Part shown: positions 55,701-64,000 of the stretch, piece after piece
Numbering within the stretch: the stretch's first letter is position 1
How the letters are laid out: every line of letters begins with the position of its first letter
Assembly (NCBI GenBank): GCA_030141605.1
Contig: JAQGDQ010000123.1
Location: 62,001-126,000 of the forward strand
Reading direction: 5' to 3'
From: Tubiluchus corallicola
Lineage: Eukaryota > Animalia > Priapulida
DNA length: 64,000 nt
Translations under genes and position numbers: made by a program
The notes under the pieces: model-generated
Seen by the model: only the letters and a program-made list of their open reading frames with translations
Told to the model about the DNA's origin: nothing
The model's database searches: none

Positions 55701-58700
55701 TTAATAAAAACTTGCCTCAGTTCAACCATGGCACAAGACAGGCTTGATGGTTTGTCGCTATTCAGAGTGATGCTTGCTACTCAGAAGACAGACATCGACA
55801 ATATTATAGACAAGTTTGCAAACATTAAGGCTCGATCAGCAAAATTTATGTAGATCAATTTCACTCCGGGATTTCTACTTAACATACACTGTGTATGCGT
55901 TACTTGTTGCCTTATTTCTATTATGGTATATCTAACGTAATTTTGTAAACAATTTGCTATAATAATAAATTTCGATTTCACTTTTCATTTAATCATTTTT
56001 TTGTGTTTTATAATAATTTCTATTACTTCAACACTACAAAATTAAAAATGGGGTCGATATGGGGCCTTTCATTCAATTTGTCCAAGGGCTTCCAGCCTAG
56101 CTGTTACGCCACTGAGTAATACAATAGGCTCTACTTAATAGACTCACTTTGGGATAGAAGAGTTTTTACCCAATTAAGTGACTGAATCTATTAGCCGGCA
56201 GATATAGTATTACTACTCATATAGGAACATGAGTCATCACTCTTCAGCTTAATATGCACTACAAAGGCAGCGAGAGCTTTAAATGTCAGGTTTTTACATT
56301 TACATTTTATTTTTCAAAATTAACTCTGTGCTTTTAATTGCTCTATGATAGTTACGCTTGCAAAGTTGCAAATTCTTGAGGAACAAGGTTAATTGCACAG
56401 GCGAGTGGGTGACACATTCAAACAAAAACGCTACACTAGCATTATAGCGCATGATAAACGTATCTACTTACAAACAAAACGGTACTTAACATGATTGTTT
56501 CTACATATTTTAGAGTGCACAAATTCGAAGGAAAAAATTGTAAAAGCATCTCATTTTAACTATGTAAAAATTTTTAATCAATTATGCGGGAGTTATTTGA
56601 GTCAACTGCCGACAACTTTTATATACATTTGAATAGGAGCGACCCATGTCAGACGTTTTTGAAGAAACTAACTACTGATTCTATTAACCCGTTTCCCCAG
56701 ACTGGACATTTACCAAGGGACACTGATGCATTAAAAATCAACTTCAACACACACTGGACTTTTATCAATATTCTATATCTAGAAACAGCATGCAACAATG
56801 ATCTTGCACAAAGCAATTTCTCTGGCTGACAAAATCTCCTCCACAATAATCACAATTAATTATATCATATAATGACAGACTCATATAACTTGTTAGCAAA
56901 CTGAAATAAATGAGGCACTTACAGACATGTTAAGCATTGCTTTGCCTTGACGTTGACCCGCAAATCAATCTTAGTACCAACCTAAAACAAGCATTTACGT
57001 AATTACGTAATACTGTCTTACTAATTCAGTTGTAATTACGCGACAGCATTATTACATTTTCCGCTTTAAATTTTCTAGTTTATAAAGTTTTCACATCAAT
57101 CTTGTGTGATCTTTTTCTGGAATTCCTGTAAAGTTGCTCTTAGTTACTATTACAACAGAACAAAAATAATTTTCTGTAATTACGTAAAAAATACAGCTAC
57201 CTGTAATCTACAAAGAATTAAGGTTATGGCTTCTTTAAGGACAGGTAGTCGTAGACTTACAACCACAGTACATTCTGGAGGGTTGGACGCCACGTAATGT
57301 GCAAATGTCTCTGTTACTTAGTCTGCTTATAATAGTAGCCTGAGTGGACTTTATTAGCTTAGAGTCAAAGGCCTCAATTAAACACCTGACTTTACACCAC
57401 AACGGCATAGTATTAACAGTTACTGTGTTTAACTGGGCCTGCAACATCAATACAACAATTAAGTAGCAACCATGGGCAAAGAGCTATTAGCTTCGCACCG
57501 ATCATCGAAGGTAATAATGCACTAGTTTGAGAAAAAAATTTTATATGGTAATATTACTTTATTTGCAGATGATACAACAATTAATAAACAGAAGTGCAAT
57601 CCATGTAAATGTGCCTGAAACTGATCTTGCTGACACGGAACATTTAAAAAATGTGAAATTGTGCATGTTTGTGTTAACAGGATATTAACAGGAACGTTAC
57701 TGTCCAATTTATCTCTTTAATCAGTGAGACTTTTATACAGTTATTAGAAACTATATAAGAAAACATTACGTCTATGAAAAAATTCGTAAGAAAAGGGTAA
57801 AAATAAAAGTATGTGTAGTCGTTTACTTAGGACCACAATGCGTCATAAGATGAAACGAACGCAGGTTGGACCCGTACATTAAAATAGTGCACCCCTACAA
57901 GCACGACATTCTGTATGTATGCACATTAAGTATGGCAGTATCTACAAGGAATTTATAGAAATAGATAGTGAGTTAATGTTAATATTAATTTGTTTAAAAA
58001 AATAGAAGGAAATATAAGTTATAATTGGTTTTGCATAATTAATTAATTAAACTGAGGTCGGATCATAAAGTTGAGCAGTCATAATGTGCATAAGTCATAA
58101 ATAAACAACTACATGTAATGCAAAACTTCTTTCGGTGGTAACACTTATTAACTGTGCGACTACATTGTTATCCTTGCACTAGCAAAAGAATCCGTCAGTA
58201 AAATTATCAATTTTCAGATTGAATAATGTTACCTCTTTACTTACCTTTAATTCCTGTGGTTCTGCTGGTTTGCTAAAAATCAAAAGCAGGAATTAGACCA
58301 CAATTACACCAATCTATAAATTAAGAAACTTCAACTGCTTTACCAAAAGCTTTTCAACAATCTGGCACTCTCTTCACTTGCATATTATTGCATATTTTAG
58401 TGTACAATAGTGTTTGAAAAAAGAAAAATCATTTAAATGTAATGGTAGCCAATAGCACACAGCAAATGTTATACTTATTCAACATACATAAAGCGTTAAC
58501 AAATCAACTATAAGCTAAAATTTGCATACTACACAGCTATGGTAAAATTCTTCAAATACAGAAATGACACTTCAGCTTCTACAATTTCTGTAGAAAATGA
58601 TATTAGTCATTTTAAAGTTAATTTGCCTAAATGTACAGATGCAGTGCTTTAAACTCTTCTAATGGTTGTTTAAAACTTGTAATTTATAGTATACACTCCA

Positions 58701-61700
58701 AAACGCTTGCCCATTGGAATGAAATTTTAATGTACCTTTAATATGTATTATTTATGTGTATATCTTAACTGCTTTGTCTTTTCAGTTTTAGTAAATTGTA
58801 AGTTTACATTTTTATAATTTTGTGCTTGCATAGCAAAATCGTCCATAAGTCGGCAATTAAGCTTTTCTAGTTATTCACATATCCGGAATCTCCATTAGAT
58901 GAGGATCCTAAGCTTATCTCTCTATGTTATTTCTAAGCTGAGATAATCCACATTGAAGTTGAGGTGCACGCTACGCACTGAAAAACATAACCTTGAGAAA
59001 ATCCCTGTTAAAGCTAGCTATTGTTTTTTGCCCCGTCTCTACAAAACACTTAGCAACCGTACAAATGTTGGTTGCTACGGACTTTACGAGAACACGTTGA
59101 AGTTATGTTTAAATCCAGTAGATGGCTCTTCCTGTCGAAGATTTGCGCTTGGCAACAGAAAAAACCCGAAACAAAATTACTGCTTCCAGACGCTACTGTT
59201 GGAGTTTGAAAATACAAGTTTTTAAGAATTGCACGACTAGTTTCTAGCCAGAAAAGTGGGTACAGGGTTAGAGGTTTAGTATTTTTTCAACACTTTCTAG
59301 ATAATTTGATGCTAAAATATAAAAGTCCAATACATTTAACATTTGCTTTAATAAAAAACAAAAAACGACATTTGACCAAATTTCTGATGCATTCTACTTT
59401 GAAGCATCACATTGCAGTTTTAACCGTGCTGACTTGTGGACGGTTTTGCTTTGCAAGCACACATATATAACTCGTGTATTTCACAAATCCCAGGCATACT
59501 TAAACGTGTATGCTTCATCCAATTACAAGATCTGCGCTTGGCAACAGAAAAAACCCAAAGCAAAAAATGAATGCTTCCATGAGCTACTATCGGAGTTTGA
59601 AAATACAAGTTTTTTACAACTGCAGTACTAGTTTCTAGACAGAAAAGTGGGCACAGATTTATAAAATTAGATTTTTAGCATTTTTTAAACATTTTCCTGA
59701 CAATTTGGTGCTAAAATATTAAAGTCCAATATATTTACCATTTGTTTTTATAAAAAACAAAAAACTGATATTTGCCCAAAATTTTTGGTGCATTCTACTT
59801 TGAAGCATCATAACGTAGTTTTAACTATGCTGACTTATGGACGGTTTTGGTTTGCAAGCACACAATTAGTTTTTTAGTAGTTGTACTACTATGGCTTAAG
59901 ACCATGTCTACAAGCTGAAACACAGAAAAAATAAATAAATCAATTAAATTAAATCACTACTAATGGAAATATCAGAAGTATAAACAACAACAAGCTGTTT
60001 TACCTATATGTAAACAGTTTGTCACAAAAATAGTCTCGCGACGGCAAGGTTAGACTACGCAAGGTTAGATTACACAGGCTTTATAATCGCCTATGATTTA
60101 GATTTAAAAAGATCAGTAAAAAATTAAACCAAAAATACACCAACGGAGAAACGTGTGCTCCGCTCGCAAAAACTCTGATGTTCATTCTATGCACATTTGC
60201 AATTTGCGCATATACAACTGTATCACCATAACACCTGTCTCTCACAAAAACTGTACAACCTTCTATGCACATTTGCAATATGCGCATATACAACTGTATC
60301 ACCATAACGCTCGTCTCTCATAAAAACTGTACAACCTTCTATGCACATTTGCAATATGCGCATATACAACTGTATCACCATAACACCTGTCTCTCACAAA
60401 AACTGTACAACCTTCTATGCACATTTGCAATATGCGCATATACAACTGTATCACCATAACGCTCGTCTCTCATAAAAACTGTACAACCTTCTATGCACAT
60501 TTGCAATATGCGCAGATACAACTGTATCACCATAACGCTTGTCTCTCACAAAAACTGTACAACCTTCTATGCACATTTGCAATATGCGCATATACAACTG
60601 TATCACCATAACACCTGTCTCTCATAAAAATTGTACAACCTTCTATGCACATTTGCGATTTGCGCATATACAACTGTATCACCATAACACCTGTCTCTCA
60701 CAAAAACTGTACAACCTTCTATGCACATTTGCGATTTGCGCATATACAACTGTATCACCATAACACCTGTCTCTCACAAAAACTGTACAACCTTCTATGC
60801 ACATTTGCAATATGCGCATATACAACTGTATCACCATAACACCTGTCTCTCATAAAAATTGTACAACCTTCAATGCACATTTGCAATTTGCGCATATACA
60901 ACTGTATCACCATAACAGCCTGTCTCTCACAAAAACTGTACAACCTTCTATGCACATTTGCGATTTTCGCATATACAACTGTTTCACCATAACGCTTGTC
61001 TCTCACAAAAACTGTACAAACAACCAAACAGAAAACAAGAATAAGTTATGCTTTCAAAAGCCAGTACCACTCCATTACATGTGCTAAATTAACTAAACAA
61101 AACACACTTTGTATGCTCTGCTATTCAAGTTAACTGTGCAACTCACGACACTATTAACTACAGTAACACATACTAAAAACAATCGCACAATAATCATTGC
61201 AAAAACTGACATAACAGTTAAACTTATAGGAAGTGATACTAACGAATGTTTACTGTACTGCACTTTGTGAGCAGCGGAAAGATGGTACAGCAACGAGATG
61301 TTGTAATAAAACTCCTTCCTACAAAAACCAAAAACAAATTTTAAAAAATAAACGAAAGACAATACGAGCATCCATAAAAAATTATTTAAAAAACAGGAAC
61401 GAGTATGTGATATTTGAAAAGTGAGTTTAAAAGTCTTTTGCTCAACGAAAAGTGCAATTTCCACTATTTGCAGTGCTGTTCAATTTAACGGCAAAAACAT
61501 GCACAAAACGGCAACAATTATACGAACCAGCGTGCTGTTTATTGAGTAGAGAAAACCATTTTCACAAAAAAATCACTATCACTATCAATAAGTGTTGCTA
61601 ATGTACTGCATGTTTTTTTACTTAATTTCTAGAATTAATAACAACATCTGTGTCAAAACGATTGTCTATACTTAGTAAACATCATCTTGATTTCTAGAGG

Positions 61701-63929
61701 CTGGCCCTTTCATGTAATTATATGGTTGTGTAACATGTGTGCTTGCAAACCAAAACCGTCCAAAAGTCGGCATAGTTAAAATTACGTTATGATGCTTCAA
61801 AATAGAATGCCCGACAAATTTGGTCAAATGTCAAATTTTGTATTTTATAAAAACAAATGCTTTTCCGGCTAGAAATTAGTCCTGCAATTGTTAAAAACTT
61901 GTATTTTCAAACTCTGATAGTAGCTAAAGGAAGCAGTAATTTTGTTTCAGGTTTTTTCTGTTGCCAAGCGCAAATCTTCGTCAGGAAGAGCCATCTACTT
62001 GATTTAAACATAACTTCGATGTGCTCTTGCAAAGTCCATAGCAACAAACTTTTGTGCTGTTGCTAAGTGTTTTGTAGAAATGCGACAAAAAACAACGGCT
62101 AACTTAAATAGCAATTTTCTCAAAATTATGTTTTTCACTGCATAGCCTGCACCTCAACTTCAAGCTGGGTATCTCAGTTAAGAAATAAAATAGAGTGATA
62201 AACTTGGTATCAAAATTATCATCATATGAAGATTCAGGATACATGAATAACTAGAAAAGCTTAATTGCTGACTAATGGACAATTTCGCTACATACACACA
62301 AGCACATATACACACAAGTACATACGCTGCAAGCACACATATATATACCACAGGAATCAGTTCTCAGGGTTTCATGAAAATAATTTGCTTCTACAAGTGT
62401 CGTAAAAATATTTGTAAAAAACATAGATATTAGTGTAAACGTATAGTGTGACAGCCACGAACCACCAAGTAACATCTACGTATTTTGCCAATATTCGTAT
62501 GATGCTCGAAACCAAAATATGTTCAAAAGTTCTTTAAAAATTTAAAAATCTAATACTTCAATGTTCTATTTTATGATAACATGTTTTTGCAATAGCAAAA
62601 ACCCCTTGACCCATATTAATTATTGGTTTTAATGAATAACAGTACCACCGGGAAAAATTTCAACTGTTCACTTCCATTAGGTTGACTCAAATATACAAAG
62701 TAATAATTAAAGTTTCTTTCAAAAGGAATAAATCTACCGAATCAATTAGTAATTTGTATGTTCTTGATACAAATTAAACGATAGCAAACACAAATTAAAA
62801 CACTACATACTGGCAAAGAGCACATTTGAACAAAGCATTACGCAGCTTATCAATATCATCCAAGTCTTGAGGACTAACGTCCACGACCATCTTCTCGGTC
62901 TGAATAGCTTCCTTCAATGCCTATGGAAACAAATTTAACAATATAAACGTATTAGTAACCCCAGAACGTATCAAGTATTTTATCCTATGTAGAGTAATAG
63001 CTATACAAAAGCTATAAAGGACACATTAAGAAAGCCAATTATGCTAACGAATTTACAAGTTTTTTACAGCGTTACTGTTAATACAAGTTCTGTGTGCACT
63101 AAGGCAGTATACAGGTAATGCAAAATTTCAAGATGAACTTTTCTAGATTTATGTACGTAACATAAGTAAGGGGTTTTCTTGTGCTTTAAGAATATCAAAA
63201 ACAGACAGCAACAATAAACTGTACGGTACTACTAAAAATTATTTGAATACAGCTACCACCTAGTGCTGCTTTTTTATCTTTTTTATTGTAAGTTATAATA
63301 TAACCAGGATTGGCGTATGGTATCAGTTTCCCTTTTAAGTGCTTACCGCATGCGTGTTGAGGATAACATTTGTATTAGTTTCTTTAGCCTTTTCAATTAG
63401 ATGATTTACGAACCTAAAACAAAAAGTGTTGCTCACAAAATTATAATGGGAGTGAAAAACAATGTTCCTAGACTCAAAGCACTTGTAAATGTACTTGCTT
63501 GACCTGACATTAGACACTTTACAATTTTCCCATCACTGCTATAATGCTAATTAAATTAATACATGAGTGAGTACCCAGCTGTCCAATAGGAGGCTTTATA
63601 GTCAACACCTTTAATTCAGTAGTTCCTCAATGATTCTTGTTTAATGCAGAAAATAATATTAATTAAATACAAATAGCAACATCTAAAGTACCAAATAGCT
63701 TAAAATGTAGCTACTACCGTGGAGAAAAAATTTAAAAAAAGCAGAAAAATTTTAGTAACTTGTTTGTTACTAATGCAGACCCTATCTGCAAGGTATTTAT
63801 TATAAATTCAATAAACAAAATCATTAAAATTTGTGTACATGTGCAAAGATAACTAAACTCTCTTACCATTTATGATGTTTACTTCCTTTCAAATGATTTA
63901 CCAACTCCAGCATGCTGGAAAAGCCTCTC
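47544..63929 (-). CDS. Gene A (5'-partial): multi-exon protein with 5 spaced C2H2/U1-matrin-like zinc fingers
   Basis: Manually joined GT-AG exons 63867-63929, 63347-63413, 62811-62920, 61254-61318, 59890-59914 (weak donor GTAGTA), 58245-58272, 56923-56981, 54765-54827, 53241-53304, 51352-51473, 50237-50311, 49703-49760, 48901-48983, 47968-48033, 47544-47577 (TAA). Phases are consistent. Fingers: ..RGFSSMLELVNHLKGSKH; CALCQKEFYYNISLLYHLSAAH; CLTCLLSFKTREALIEHVKGENH; CCICKKRFPFNLELLYHLPVEH; CSVCRMKPNCTTLSQMVDHFRSKEH. Confidence 0.8.
49104..49190. repeat. (GA)n microsatellite
   Basis: Directly visible. Confidence 0.95.
50985..51325. mobile_element. MITE family C copy
   Basis: Homologous to 4769-5150. 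Confidence 0.65.
52610..52781. repeat. Compound (GGT)n(GAT)n(AAT)n microsatellite
   Basis: Directly visible. Confidence 0.95.
53642..54379. mobile_element. hAT-like MITE with CCGAAA subterminal repeats
   Basis: TIR AGGATGTTACCGAA/TTCGGTAACATCCT; imperfect 8-bp flanks GTATGATC/GTACGATA. Confidence 0.7.
55201..55500. repeat. 30-bp partly palindromic minisatellite x10
   Basis: Unit TCAGTATTACTGTGGTGAATATTACAGTAA; no spacers. Confidence 0.95.
55504..56114 (+). mobile_element. Internally deleted hAT transposon retaining the transposase C-terminal dimerisation remnant
   Basis: TIR CAGTGGCATAAC/GTTACGCCACTG; perfect TSD AGTAATAC; ORF LIKTCLSSTMAQDRLDGLSLF..IDNIIDKFANIKAR resembles the hAT dimerisation domain. 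Confidence 0.88.
58821..59864. mobile_element. MITE family E copy plus tandem partial duplication
   Basis: Full copy 58821-59463 and a repeated right half ~59530-59864, both ending TGCAAGCACACA. Confidence 0.8.
60185..61019. repeat. 76-bp minisatellite x~11
   Basis: Unit TTCTATGCACATTTGCAATATGCGCATATACAACTGTATCACCATAACACCTGTCTCTCACAAAAACTGTACAACC. Confidence 0.95.
61735..62340. mobile_element. MITE family E copy (reverse orientation)
   Basis: ATGTGTGCTTGCA...TGCAAGCACACAT. Confidence 0.85.
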
Positions 63930-64000
63930 CTACAAAAGAAAAACATTCAGAAACTCAAATTGAGACATTCAGCACAAACACAGAATCTTGCAACAACACA

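Noticed and set aside
55127-55747. CRISPR-like array or Cys/Tyr repeat protein ORFs
   Set aside because: Head-to-tail 30-bp minisatellite with no unique spacers, no cas genes, and a eukaryotic intron context.
57235-57450. Possible extra gene A exon
   Set aside because: Flanking exons already join in frame and no convincing acceptor/donor pair was found.
60004-60090. Candidate exon DYFCDKLFTY
   Set aside because: Available acceptors give stops or the wrong phase.
60185-61087. Repeated MHICNMRIY ORFs or CRISPR
   Set aside because: The 76-bp unit is not a multiple of 3 and has no spacers; it is a satellite artefact.

Overview
AT-rich eukaryotic DNA, most likely an invertebrate animal (inference from intron style and repeat content), not prokaryotic. 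Reading GT-AG exons by hand on the minus strand gives about 46 phase-consistent coding exons spanning the whole window; most are too small to appear in the ORF track. They fit best as three head-to-tail genes (A 47.5-63.9 kb, 5' end off-window; B 22.7-42.7 kb; C 1.8-22.4 kb, 3' end off-window). Together they encode 14 widely spaced zinc fingers: 9 are U1/matrin/JAZ-like H-X5-H, 4 are H-X4-H and 1 is degenerate. Every finger is split by a phase-2 intron just after CxxC. Gene B has an Arg/Ser/Glu-rich N-terminus. Gene C carries an RRSKWD ULM-like motif and ~21.5 Trp-containing 21-aa repeats in a 2-kb exon. Notable structures: a zero-gap polyA-signal/acceptor junction between B and C (operon/trans-splicing-like), a possible dual donor/acceptor site joining two mutually exclusive exons, and a tandem array of a splice donor. 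Introns are filled with MITEs (hAT, piggyBac and others), LINE and LTR fragments, and mini/microsatellites. No gene symbol is recognised. Gene boundaries and weak exons need RNA evidence.
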